64,000 nt of DNA from Candidatus Poseidoniaceae archaeon (lineage in GTDB: Archaea; Thermoplasmatota; Poseidoniia; Poseidoniales; Poseidoniaceae): NCBI GenBank assembly GCA_949372875.1, contig CASIAW010000002.1:39658-103657 (forward strand). Reading direction: 5' to 3'. Both the position numbers and the translations under genes were made by a program. The notes under the pieces were generated by a model. The model made no database searches, was not told the origin of the DNA, and worked only from the letters and a program-made list of their open reading frames with translations. Below are positions 26,954 to 36,243 of this stretch, in pieces; position 1 is the first letter of the stretch, and each line of letters starts with the position of its first letter.

Positions 26954-28498
26954 TTACGCTTCATCTTCTTCATCAGTTGAACGGATGTGAATGGTAAGTG
27001 CAGCAAAAGTCAACCCGGAAACTGCAACAATAAACGTCATCCCAGGTATGGAATTTGAATCACTGGATGAAGATTGAGAAGCAAGAACCTCTTCCACATC
27101 CGCACGGAAGTCATCGGCTTTCCATGAGTCTCCAGTCCAGGCTATTTTCGGTTTCATCCCATCCATGATGTATGTGATTGTAGAATGGCCAATGGAGTAT
27201 TCAATTTCGACTTCGGCTGTCGATACACATGATAATCGGTCCCCTTCTGCCCATTCATAGCCTTCTTCACACATGCAGTGTTTTCCAGAGCCAGAACCCA
27301 TTTCCCAGCCATAGCCATTACACGCCTGGGAATCCATATCGTTCATTGGCTGCAGAGATTCAGGCATTGGGATTTCAGAGACATTTGTCGTATTTGGAGC
27401 CCAAGCGATGTAACCCGGGTCAACAAAATCGTCAACGCCCACCATTGAATATTCCCAACCATCGCTGGAGGTGTTCCAACTGTAAAGAGTCCAATACCAA
27501 GACCAATCACTCGGACTGCTGACGTCATCAAGTGAATCGAGGAAATGTCCGTAGGTTGGATCATCGGAAAACGATGCATTCATGCCTGCTCCAGCAAAAG
27601 CTCCTTTCGTCAAATGGTACGCAGTAAATTCCGATTGAAGGGTGTGAGCGTCAGTTGTATTGTCGGGATAGAGAATTTGAATTGAAACATTTGTGTCATT
27701 CAGTGCGGGGGCAGAAAGTGCCGAGATGTTTGCATTAGATGCGGCCCATACAAGGTTTGGGTGTTCCAAAGCGTCTAATTCATCAATACCTACCGAAGAT
27801 TCTTCCCAAGCAGTTGAAGACTCATTGAAGATATTCAATGACCAGTACCATGACCAGTCAGAAGGTGATTCAATTCCGTTGATACCGGAGACCATGTGGC
27901 CGTATTGGCCGAAAGAGGCATTGATGGTCCAGTTTGCTTCTTCAGCAATGGTTTCGGTCGTTGTCCAGCCAGTTGGCTCAAACATCATCTCAGTAGCGTT
28001 TCCAGTAGTATCCACATACGTTACGGTTGGGTCAGAATTAGCAATATGTGCCTCGATGACATCCTCTTGAACAATAATGCCAAATGTATTGTAAACATCT
28101 GCCAAAACATCGACTGATCCCGTTAAATGAGGCCAATCAACGCCGTGAAGTTCCGTGAATTCGAGCAGACGCTCGGGGGTATCGTGGCGTGGGTCTACTG
28201 AAATCGAAATAAATTCGACCTCTTTAGAATCTGCATCAGAAAGTCCATCTTGAACCAACTTGAGTGATTGAGTGATGACGGGACAGACATCAGGGCATTG
28301 TGTGAAAATGAAGGAAACAACGTGAACATCTGCGATACTTTGTGTGAATGTGAAGTTCTCATTATTCTGGTCAGTCAGGGTGAAATCAAGTACTTCAGTA
28401 CGAGATAATTGATGCCCATTATACGCCGAAGTTGAAGGAATTGATGCTAGAAGAAGAAACAATGCCATCATCACGGCTACAGTAGACTTTTTGTCCAT
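26954..28498 (-). CDS. sco: Sco1/SenC copper chaperone with ~330-aa C-terminal extension and membrane anchor
   Basis: Signal peptide, then a thioredoxin-like Sco domain with CPDVCP. Two ~35-aa internal repeats containing SPSDWSWYW(S/T)L follow, then a Cys-rich EGF-like segment, a C-terminal TM helix and an acidic tail. It is the last gene of the cox operon. Confidence 0.75.
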   Translation of the reverse strand: MDKKSTVAVMMALFLLLASIPSTSAYNGHQLSRTEVLDFTLTDQNNENFTFTQSIADVHVVSFIFTQCPDVCPVITQSLKLVQDGLSDADSKEVEFISISVDPRHDTPERLLEFTELHGVDWPHLTGSVDVLADVYNTFGIIVQEDVIEAHIANSDPTVTYVDTTGNATEMMFEPTGWTTTETIAEEANWTINASFGQYGHMVSGINGIESPSDWSWYWSLNIFNESSTAWEESSVGIDELDALEHPNLVWAASNANISALSAPALNDTNVSIQILYPDNTTDAHTLQSEFTAYHLTKGAFAGAGMNASFSDDPTYGHFLDSLDDVSSPSDWSWYWTLYSWNTSSDGWEYSMVGVDDFVDPGYIAWAPNTTNVSEIPMPESLQPMNDMDSQACNGYGWEMGSGSGKHCMCEEGYEWAEGDRLSCVSTAEVEIEYSIGHSTITYIMDGMKPKIAWTGDSWKADDFRADVEEVLASQSSSSDSNSIPGMTFIVAVSGLTFAALTIHIRSTDEEDEA

Positions 28499-28552
28499 GT
28501 AAAAACCTGAGAGACGAGCCTACATCAATGCTTTGCAGCGTCGATTCAATGC

Positions 28553-28915
28553 TCAACGAGTTTCAGCATAATCCCAATTTGGAGTGCACCAACTTGGAAG
28601 TTCAGTTACCCCAGCGGGATTTGATAATCCGATACCCCAAAGCATGAGGATAACAAAAAGAACGGGGAAGAGTGCTGTCCGTGTGTAGATACGCGGGTCG
28701 TCTTTCAAGTGCATGAAGAAAGCAGCGATTCCGAATCCTTTGATGATACCAACGACAATGAGAATAGCCCAAACCATCAACTTCGTGACTTCGATTTCAG
28801 TGCCGGGGATAACGTCGTAAAAAACAGCCGCTACTTCAAACAAAGTGAAGAACATCAAAACGATAAAGTTCCAAAAGTAGATGTCTTTGCCCATAATTTC
28901 AATATGTTCGCCCAT
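28553..28915 (-). CDS. small 3-TM membrane protein, possible prokaryotic cytochrome oxidase subunit IV
   Basis: 120 aa with 3 hydrophobic helices and an FFMHL motif. It lies between coxIII and sco. Confidence 0.4.
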   Translation of the reverse strand: MGEHIEIMGKDIYFWNFIVLMFFTLFEVAAVFYDVIPGTEIEVTKLMVWAILIVVGIIKGFGIAAFFMHLKDDPRIYTRTALFPVLFVILMLWGIGLSNPAGVTELPSWCTPNWDYAETR

Positions 28916-28924
28916 TATTTCACC

Positions 28925-30217
28925 TCAATACAGATAGAATGCTGGGAAAATTACTACCCAAGCTAAGTCGACAAAGTGCCAGTAGAGTCCAAAGTATTCG
29001 ATACCCTGTGCATTGTCTTCATCATAGCCGACGGTGTCAGCCTTGAACACAAGATACAGCATAACAAGCAAGCCGATGAAGACGTGCAGTCCGTGTGCCC
29101 CTGTGGCGATGTAGAAGATAGAACCTTGAGTGGTTCCGATATCGAAACCTTCTGCAACCAGATGGCTCCATTCAACAAGTTTGAGAACAATGAACAGCGA
29201 ACCGAGTGCAAGAGTAGCAATGAGGTAGTTGCGGATTGCTGCCTTTCGAGTTGGCATGATTTTACCCATAATCCCTGTTGAAGGCTCCCACTTTGCATTC
29301 TTAGCAGTCTTGAGTGCCAAGACAATGGTATATGATGAGATAATCAAAGCGAAGGTGTTGATTGCACCTGGCAGAATCGTTGCAAAGTCATTACGAATCA
29401 AGTCAGAAGCAGTAACCACTGGTTCAACACCTTGACATGCTTCAACGCCATCCTCGATGGCCCACTTTGTACACCATTCTGTTCGCATACGCAGGTATGA
29501 AGAAAAGAATGTCGCGAAGACCATTATTTCTGACATAATGAAGACCCACAATCCTGCTTTACGGATATGTTCGCCTTCAAACGGATAAGATGTCGCAATC
29601 TGTTCACCATGGCCGTTAAACGGCAAATCCTCAAACCACCAGTTTGAGACTGCAATAACGATAGTAAGCAACCCTACCATGCTCAAAGCAAGCATCCCAA
29701 AGTCAGGGGTGAGATCTGCATTCAACATCGCTTTACAAGCGATAACAAAGTCAGGGAATCCTGCCAAGAACAGCATGATACCAAAGGCGAAGATAATCGG
29801 CGAAGAGGAGCCGTGATGTTCGTGCTCATCATGACCATCGCCATGTTCTGCAGCAGGTTTGCTGGAATTCAAGAGTCCACCAACGCCAATAAATGCGGCA
29901 TAGGTAATCGACATCAGAAGAATAGTGATACCTGCAACTCTGTAGGTAAGGTAGGAAAGGTGTGCTGCAATCTCTTCATGATGAAGATGGTCGAGATCTG
30001 CTGCCTCTTTGTCTGTTATGATTCCATCCAAAGCAACCTCAACTTCCATGTGATGATATTCATCTTCAAGTTCTTCCCAAACATGGTGTTTTTCATTTGC
30101 CATGAAGACGCCCAGTGTTGCAAACAAGAGTACACCGATGGTGAGTAATATTCCACCCATCATGACTGCGCGCATCCAGATTCCATTCTCGACGTGCGCC
30201 CCGTGTCCACCGCTCAT
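28925..30217 (-). CDS. coxC: cytochrome c oxidase subunit III (long form)
   Basis: The C-terminal ATGAHGLHVFIGL...YWHFVDLAWVVIF signature is present. The ATG at 30217 overlaps the coxI stop in an ATGA arrangement. There is an N-terminal extension with extra TM helices and a His-rich loop (GDGHDEHEHHGSS). Confidence 0.8.
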   Translation of the reverse strand: MSGGHGAHVENGIWMRAVMMGGILLTIGVLLFATLGVFMANEKHHVWEELEDEYHHMEVEVALDGIITDKEAADLDHLHHEEIAAHLSYLTYRVAGITILLMSITYAAFIGVGGLLNSSKPAAEHGDGHDEHEHHGSSSPIIFAFGIMLFLAGFPDFVIACKAMLNADLTPDFGMLALSMVGLLTIVIAVSNWWFEDLPFNGHGEQIATSYPFEGEHIRKAGLWVFIMSEIMVFATFFSSYLRMRTEWCTKWAIEDGVEACQGVEPVVTASDLIRNDFATILPGAINTFALIISSYTIVLALKTAKNAKWEPSTGIMGKIMPTRKAAIRNYLIATLALGSLFIVLKLVEWSHLVAEGFDIGTTQGSIFYIATGAHGLHVFIGLLVMLYLVFKADTVGYDEDNAQGIEYFGLYWHFVDLAWVVIFPAFYLY

Positions 30218-32541
30218 TCTTCCGCCTCCTTTGGTGTAGCATTCCACAGCGTATCGCTTATGGATGGTTTCGAAGACTGTTGGTGGTGTCCATACATGAT
30301 GTTCATGTCACCTTGAGTTGGGATATCATGGAACGATGGTGTTGGCGGAGGCGAGGTTGTCGCCCATTCAAGGGACCAGCCGCCCCACGGATCTTTACCT
30401 GCAGGTTCACCATGTCGGTTTGACTTGATGATGTTCCATACGAGTATGAGTTGGCTCAGTCCGAAGATAAAGGAGAACAAACTGACGACTGCGTTATATT
30501 CCGCAAATCCACTTTCAACAGTGTAACTGTGCGTTCTTCGGGGCATACCCATGATACCAAGAGCGTGCATTGGCCAGAACGTTGCGTTGTAAGCAGAGAA
30601 TCCGATGAGGAAATGCCACATACCGAGGGTTTCATCAAGTTTCTTTCCAGTTGCTTTGGGATACCAGTAGTAAAGTCCTGAGAAGAGAGCGAAGACAGTT
30701 CCACCGATGAACACATAGTGGAAGTGAGCGACGACGAAGTATGAATCGTGGAAGTGCATGTCCATACCTGCAACAGGGAAGAACATTCCAGAAATACCGC
30801 CGAGTGTAAAGGTAATCAAGAAACCGAGTGACCACAATGTGTGAGTGCGCATAACAAGGCTACCGCCCCAAATCGTCGCTAACCAGTTGAAGATTTTCGC
30901 ACCCGTCGGAATCGCTACTGCCATGGTGGTAATCATGAATGCAGCTCGCCAGAATGGGTCCATTCCCGAAGTGAGCATGTGGTGGCCCCATACAACGAAA
31001 CCAACAACGCCGATACCCGCCATTGCAAAGACCATGGATTTGTAGCCGAAGATTGAGCGGCGAGCACTGGTTGCAAGAACTTCGGAGACGATACCAAAGG
31101 CGGGTACAATTACCACGTAAACCTCAGGATGTCCGAAGAACCAAAACAGGTGCTGGAACAGTAAACTGTCACCGCCTGAAGTGAAAAACACTGTTCCGAC
31201 CGTATGGTCAAACATGAGGAAAGCAACGCCGATAATGAACGCAGGTAGCGACATGTAGAGCATGAAAACGCTGACGAAGACCGACCAAGAGAACAGAGGC
31301 ATCTTCATCCAGCCAACACCGGGGGCGCGCATTGTGAACACTGTAGTGATGAAGTTAACACCACCCAGTGTAGAAGAGGCACCGAGCATGAGCATTCCAG
31401 AAAGGAAAGCAGTCGTACCTGGGTTGGAACCGTATTGAGCCATTTCAGCACCGAGGCTTCCTTCAGTAAGAGAGGAATATGGAGGATACATAACCCACGT
31501 GATGTCTGCACCTTCACCGGACCAGATTCCAGTGTAAATCAGAGGACTCGAGAAGACAAGGAGCCAAAGGCCCATTGCGTTAATTCGAGGGAATGCCAAA
31601 TCTTTGGCTCCGATTTGCAACGGCAGAACATAGTTCATGAAGCCGGCAATCATTGGCATTGCGGCTAAGAAAATCATGGTGGTTCCGTGAAGAGTGAAGA
31701 AAGAATTGTATTCTGTTTCTGTCAAGAAGGAGTTCTCAGGTAATGCCAGTTGTATACGGAACAGCAGTGCGAGGAAACCTCCAACGAGGAAGAAGATAAA
31801 TCCATACAAGAAGTAGAGAATACCGACTTCTTTGTGATCGGTTGTGGTGAGCCATGGTTTGAGATAAGCCCAGAAATTAGAGATCGTAAAGGTCTCAGGA
31901 GAGCGGGTGTAGAAGACCCACATAACGCCGAGCAGAATCATTCCGAGCGCAAGGCCGATGGCTGTGAGAAGAACAACAAGTGCGCGTGCAGTTGGCCCAA
32001 CATCGCCAGCATTCAAGCCAGGGATAATCAAATCGGCTTGATTCCAGTAATCTCCTCCAGAACCATCTCCACCGTTCACGGCATTTCCGTAAATGGTAAA
32101 TTCGACAACTTTGGAATCATCAGCAGGTGCAATCCATTCAAAATCCCACGTACGAACCGAATTCCCTTCCGCAGTATGCGTAAGACCACCGTCCATCTCC
32201 TGACTTAATGTTGCATCAACGGTTGTAACCATGCCACCTGTAGAAAGGATTCTGAAACCACCGGCGTGGCCGTTCCAGCCAGTGCCGTCATCTTCTGTGA
32301 CTCCGCCGTTGTTAAGTTCCATCACATCATTTTGGACTGTGACGGTAAAAGCATACGTTTCACTGGCGTTGAACGAATCTGGTAAACCTGAAACAATGAC
32401 TTGAGTATCTACGGCTGCTCCACCGTGACAACTGCATCCATTGTCTCCTATACTACCAATTCCAGTTGGAATTGCTTCAAACTGAGGTGCTGCGACGAGC
32501 ATCAGCAGAACCAAAGCGAGGAGTGTGAATCGCTTCTGCAT
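30214..32541 (-). CDS. coxA: cytochrome c oxidase subunit I with fused N-terminal extracytoplasmic domain
   Basis: The CoxI core runs from about residue 230 (GHPEVYVVIVPAFG, HHMLTSGM, FHDSYFVVAHFHYV). Upstream of it are a signal peptide, a ~190-aa Gly/Thr/Asn-rich domain (including NGCSCHG) and an extra TM helix. The start overlaps the coxII stop by 1 nt. Confidence 0.85.
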   Translation of the reverse strand: MQKRFTLLALVLLMLVAAPQFEAIPTGIGSIGDNGCSCHGGAAVDTQVIVSGLPDSFNASETYAFTVTVQNDVMELNNGGVTEDDGTGWNGHAGGFRILSTGGMVTTVDATLSQEMDGGLTHTAEGNSVRTWDFEWIAPADDSKVVEFTIYGNAVNGGDGSGGDYWNQADLIIPGLNAGDVGPTARALVVLLTAIGLALGMILLGVMWVFYTRSPETFTISNFWAYLKPWLTTTDHKEVGILYFLYGFIFFLVGGFLALLFRIQLALPENSFLTETEYNSFFTLHGTTMIFLAAMPMIAGFMNYVLPLQIGAKDLAFPRINAMGLWLLVFSSPLIYTGIWSGEGADITWVMYPPYSSLTEGSLGAEMAQYGSNPGTTAFLSGMLMLGASSTLGGVNFITTVFTMRAPGVGWMKMPLFSWSVFVSVFMLYMSLPAFIIGVAFLMFDHTVGTVFFTSGGDSLLFQHLFWFFGHPEVYVVIVPAFGIVSEVLATSARRSIFGYKSMVFAMAGIGVVGFVVWGHHMLTSGMDPFWRAAFMITTMAVAIPTGAKIFNWLATIWGGSLVMRTHTLWSLGFLITFTLGGISGMFFPVAGMDMHFHDSYFVVAHFHYVFIGGTVFALFSGLYYWYPKATGKKLDETLGMWHFLIGFSAYNATFWPMHALGIMGMPRRTHSYTVESGFAEYNAVVSLFSFIFGLSQLILVWNIIKSNRHGEPAGKDPWGGWSLEWATTSPPPTPSFHDIPTQGDMNIMYGHHQQSSKPSISDTLWNATPKEAEE

Positions 32542-33536
32542 CAGTATCCGCCTCCCGAGTTACCCTCATTGTCACCTGAATCGGTTTTTTGAATGCCTGT
32601 GTCCGTGTCGCATGTCTCGCCATCTCTGGCAACGATGTCGATGTTACCAATCATCTTCGAATGGTCAAGACCACAATATTCTGCGCAACGGATTGGGAAT
32701 GTGCCGTCGTCGTCAGGGAAGAATGTAATCACTGTTCCAGATTCTAGCCCTGGGACAAGGTCTTCTTTAACACCCCATTCTGGCAACCAGAAAGCGTGTT
32801 GAACGCCGACATAAGCCGGATTAGAATAATCGTGTGGCCTGGAGTGGAGGTCGAGTGTCGAACTTTCATCACATGGAATAATCAAGTGTTGACCACCTGC
32901 TGTTGTAAGTACTGCGCCAACCGGTAAATGCTCCCAGGTGTGAAGTAAATTATCTTCAGCATCGTATGCAGTGATAACGCTGTGCAGGCCCTTGTCGAAA
33001 TAAATGCCCGATACTGTAAGCATCTCAGCTGCGAGATCAATCGAGTAATCCGTTTCTACACCGTCGACTTGAACGGTTACATTGGTCGCCTCGGAGCCGT
33101 GTGTATGGACCATCAGCATGCCGCCTGTCCAGTTAACATCGACATGTGAGACTCTTGGGTCATCTTCCCAAGTAAGGTCATCTTGGTAGTGGAATTCCCA
33201 AAACCATTGCTTTCCAATAACATCAACATTGAATGTATCTTCATCGGATGGAATGGTCCAAACTGCTGTGTTGGATGCCAAAGCAATCATTGTTAGCCAA
33301 ACAACGAGGATTGTTGGCAGCACGTAGAAGGCGATTTCGAGTTTCGTATTGTGGCTATCGACTGGAAATGACCCCACTTCAATGTGGTATTTTTCCATGT
33401 TCTCAACCGGTTCAACACCGTCGCGGTAGCGCAGCATAGCGATAAACATCCATCCGAACGTCAGGAGCCCGACGATTACGCTCCAAAACATATACTTGTC
33501 ATAAACGACGTTGAAAACAGTGTCCTCAGCAGGCAT
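32541..33536 (-). CDS. coxB: cytochrome c oxidase subunit II (CuA)
   Basis: Two N-terminal TM helices, a cupredoxin domain with the CuA ligands H...CAEYCGLDHSKM, and an acidic C-terminal tail. Confidence 0.85.
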   Translation of the reverse strand: MPAEDTVFNVVYDKYMFWSVIVGLLTFGWMFIAMLRYRDGVEPVENMEKYHIEVGSFPVDSHNTKLEIAFYVLPTILVVWLTMIALASNTAVWTIPSDEDTFNVDVIGKQWFWEFHYQDDLTWEDDPRVSHVDVNWTGGMLMVHTHGSEATNVTVQVDGVETDYSIDLAAEMLTVSGIYFDKGLHSVITAYDAEDNLLHTWEHLPVGAVLTTAGGQHLIIPCDESSTLDLHSRPHDYSNPAYVGVQHAFWLPEWGVKEDLVPGLESGTVITFFPDDDGTFPIRCAEYCGLDHSKMIGNIDIVARDGETCDTDTGIQKTDSGDNEGNSGGGY

Positions 33537-33718
33537 GGAATATCCTCAATTCATGGGCCGATGATACCAGCCTTAAACCCTTGCAGAATACGAGGTGCTG
33601 TGTGTTTGAAAACAGCCCTCATTTTACTGACTTTTAAGAACTCGTTTTTGTCTTATATATGCGGAGTTCTGCTTTTCGAGATTTGCTTGACCTTTGTGAA
33701 TAATAAAAAGCATGCAGG

Positions 33719-34069
33719 TTGATAAACTTCCACACATTAAATTTCTTGATGACCCTCCAATCCTGCGTCCAATCAACACTCGATGGCGCAATCATGCTCG
33801 AAGTTGAAGTTCAACCAGGAGCCAAGAGGCAAGGAGTCGTTGGAATCAATACATGGAGAGGGCGACTCACTGTTGCGGTACGTGCTGAGGCTCAGAAAGG
33901 TAAGGCCAATAACGCTGTATTGCATGTCCTATCAACAACGCTTCAAATCTCGAAAGACCAACTGAAAATCGTGAGTGGAGCAACTTCGAGGACAAAGAAA
34001 ATACGTATTGAGAATGTCTCCTTACAGAAGTTGAGTTCCTTGCTTGAACCTTATTTGGAGGAAGAATAA
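33719..34069 (+). CDS. DUF167/YggU-family small protein
   Basis: The motif EVEVQPGAKRQGVVG...AEAQKGKANNAVLHVL...IVSGATSRTKKIRIE matches the UPF0235 pattern. The true start is likely the internal Met at ~33794. Confidence 0.55.
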   Translation: MINFHTLNFLMTLQSCVQSTLDGAIMLEVEVQPGAKRQGVVGINTWRGRLTVAVRAEAQKGKANNAVLHVLSTTLQISKDQLKIVSGATSRTKKIRIENVSLQKLSSLLEPYLEEE

Positions 34070-34552
34070 ATGCGCGATCAAAAGCATCGCTCTCCCCTCG
34101 GTAGCGGCAATGCCTCAGAACGGTTTGCCGTAGCAGGTGAGGCACTGGGCGAAGCAAGAAGAAAGAATCGCGAACAGCAATGGCCCGTTATCATCGAAGG
34201 AAAGCGCGACAGAATCGCCTTGCAATCTCTCGGCTTTATCGGGCCATTGGAAGTGCTGAACCGTGGGTGGGGGTTGGACCGTTTCATCACATTCTTGTAT
34301 GAAACATACGGCATTCGAGGCAGCGATAGCGGCCCAAGTTTGTGCCTGCTTATGGATTGGGACCGAACCGGTGGAAGGTTACAAAAAACACTCACTGAAC
34401 GACTGGAAAGCCTCGATGTGAAGGTGTGTCAGTTGTTGCGTAATCAATTATTGAAGGCACTTAAGCCAGAAACTCGAGTCGTTGAATCTCTCAAGAGTTT
34501 GTCAGTTGAATTATCGCCTTTTATCGAACAAGAAGACCCTTACGAAGAGTAA
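34070..34552 (+). CDS. small Toprim-domain protein
   Basis: VIIEGKRDRIALQSLG (the catalytic Glu) and LMDWDRTGGRL (the DxD motif) suggest a Toprim fold. Confidence 0.45.
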   Translation: MRDQKHRSPLGSGNASERFAVAGEALGEARRKNREQQWPVIIEGKRDRIALQSLGFIGPLEVLNRGWGLDRFITFLYETYGIRGSDSGPSLCLLMDWDRTGGRLQKTLTERLESLDVKVCQLLRNQLLKALKPETRVVESLKSLSVELSPFIEQEDPYEE

Positions 34553-34554
34553 CG

Positions 34555-35025
34555 TTACTCTTCAAGAGGGGGTTTTGGCATTCCGTCTTCCTTGACGGTG
34601 TTGAGCACAACATGCGTGAAAGAACGTGAAACGCCATCGAGTGTGAATACCGTTTTGGTGAGATTGTCAAGGTCTTCACGGTCCTTGACACGGGCCAGCA
34701 CCATCGAGTCCCATTCTCCGGTAACGTCGTAGACTGCAAACACTCGTGGGTCGGCAGCGATTTTTTTCTGAACGTCAATCATCCGACCTTTGATGATACG
34801 AAGTCCAGCCATGATGGTCATGGTCCATCCCATTCGTGCAGGATCCAAAAGAATACTGTAGCCTTTGATGATTCCAGCCTCCTCCATTCTCCGGATTCGA
34901 TTCTGGACTGTTCCTTGAGCAATACCCACTTTTCGAGCTAAAGCTCGCTGGCTAATTCGTGCGTCTTCAAGCATGGCAGCCAAAAGTTCTCGGTCAGTGT
35001 CATCTAAATCCATCAGGTCCACCAC
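34555..35025 (-). CDS. lrp: Lrp/AsnC family transcriptional regulator
   Basis: N-terminal HTH (DRELLAAMLEDARISQRALARKVGIAQGTVQNRI) plus a C-terminal RAM domain. Confidence 0.85.
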   Translation of the reverse strand: MVDLMDLDDTDRELLAAMLEDARISQRALARKVGIAQGTVQNRIRRMEEAGIIKGYSILLDPARMGWTMTIMAGLRIIKGRMIDVQKKIAADPRVFAVYDVTGEWDSMVLARVKDREDLDNLTKTVFTLDGVSRSFTHVVLNTVKEDGMPKPPLEE

Positions 35026-36240
35026 TCACTGCTCTTGCTCATAGGTTTCAACATTTTGCTCTTTGAAAGTTGGGTGAATGTTGGGCGTTGAGAGGCGTAA
35101 ATACTGCGTCCAACTTCCAAGTTCTTCCACTTCAAGGCCCAGCGAAATTTGGCAGTCTACCTCGTGCTTCTCTTTGAAACGTAAAGTGAATTTGAAGTCT
35201 GAATGTGGAGCGATTCGTTTGCTTTTGAAACCTCCTTTAATCTGCCATGGACGTTCGGTTTCACATGACTTGAGGGTGACGTTTTTGTCACCTGAGCGGA
35301 AGAGGAATTGAGCAACTGGAAGTTTTCCTTCCACCCATTCAGCGTTCAGTTTCGGCATGCCTCTTTCACGTTTGAGGGCACTGTTTACTGCGCCTGAGGC
35401 GAGTACGCTAGCAAAAATGAGTAAGAAGAGAGGGAGCGCAAAATGCCCTGCGCTGCTGTTTTCCCAGCGTGTTGGCAACGAGGTATGATACATTGCAAGC
35501 AAACGATTCGTGTCATCACCTTCAACTTCACCAAAAAACGCCAACGTGATGTGCCATCCATAGGGGTCGGACTCCAAATCAATACCAGCTGCGAGCAAAT
35601 GTTCTGAAGGGATTTCCCAGACGGTCTGAGTTACATTGCCTTGTTTGTTGGAAAAGCCGATTTCAGGTTTCATATCACGAACAAGATGAGTGGTTTGACG
35701 GCCGTGATGGTCTGTAGCCAAATCCTCCGTTACAAAAAAATACAGAACTGTATTGTCGCTCAGATTAACTTCAGGAGTCATCTCAACGGGGAAACGAAGA
35801 GACCATTGATTCAACTCATTACTGACGATATCGATGGTACCACTCAAGGATAACGGCTGTTGAGAAAGTGAATTTTCCCGGCCAAGAAGGAGGCCTTCTT
35901 CAAGCGAGAGATTGTCTCCTTGGCGTTCATTATACAAAGATCTCGTATCGTCTTCTAAACCCAGTTCACCAAGTCGAGACAATGCATCGTCGTCAGGCCA
36001 ATCCGAGTTGGTCTCTTGACTCCATTTCCACCATGAAAGATGAACCATGTCTGGTGAATTCTCATACTCGTATGGGCCTTCTTGTGGAAGATAATATTCG
36101 TGGAGAACCGTATCTGTGCCAGTTTGTTCGGGAAGGGGTTTTGAGGCAACTAAATTGACGGCTTCGTCGCCTTCAGGGGATGCCATTGGGGCCGCCACAA
36201 TGCAGAAAAGAATGGCAAAGAGAAAGAGAGGGATGCGCAT
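35026..36240 (-). CDS. type-I membrane protein, secreted ectodomain, unknown function
   Basis: Signal peptide, a ~280-aa ectodomain, a TM helix and a ~120-aa cytoplasmic tail. It is tightly packed between NSun and lrp. Confidence 0.5.
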   Translation of the reverse strand: MRIPLFLFAILFCIVAAPMASPEGDEAVNLVASKPLPEQTGTDTVLHEYYLPQEGPYEYENSPDMVHLSWWKWSQETNSDWPDDDALSRLGELGLEDDTRSLYNERQGDNLSLEEGLLLGRENSLSQQPLSLSGTIDIVSNELNQWSLRFPVEMTPEVNLSDNTVLYFFVTEDLATDHHGRQTTHLVRDMKPEIGFSNKQGNVTQTVWEIPSEHLLAAGIDLESDPYGWHITLAFFGEVEGDDTNRLLAMYHTSLPTRWENSSAGHFALPLFLLIFASVLASGAVNSALKRERGMPKLNAEWVEGKLPVAQFLFRSGDKNVTLKSCETERPWQIKGGFKSKRIAPHSDFKFTLRFKEKHEVDCQISLGLEVEELGSWTQYLRLSTPNIHPTFKEQNVETYEQEQ

Positions 36241-36243
36241 ATC

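Noticed and set aside
30214-32541. CSCH in the CoxI N-terminal domain as a heme-c site
   Set aside because: Heme c attachment needs CxxCH. This is CxCH, with only one intervening residue.
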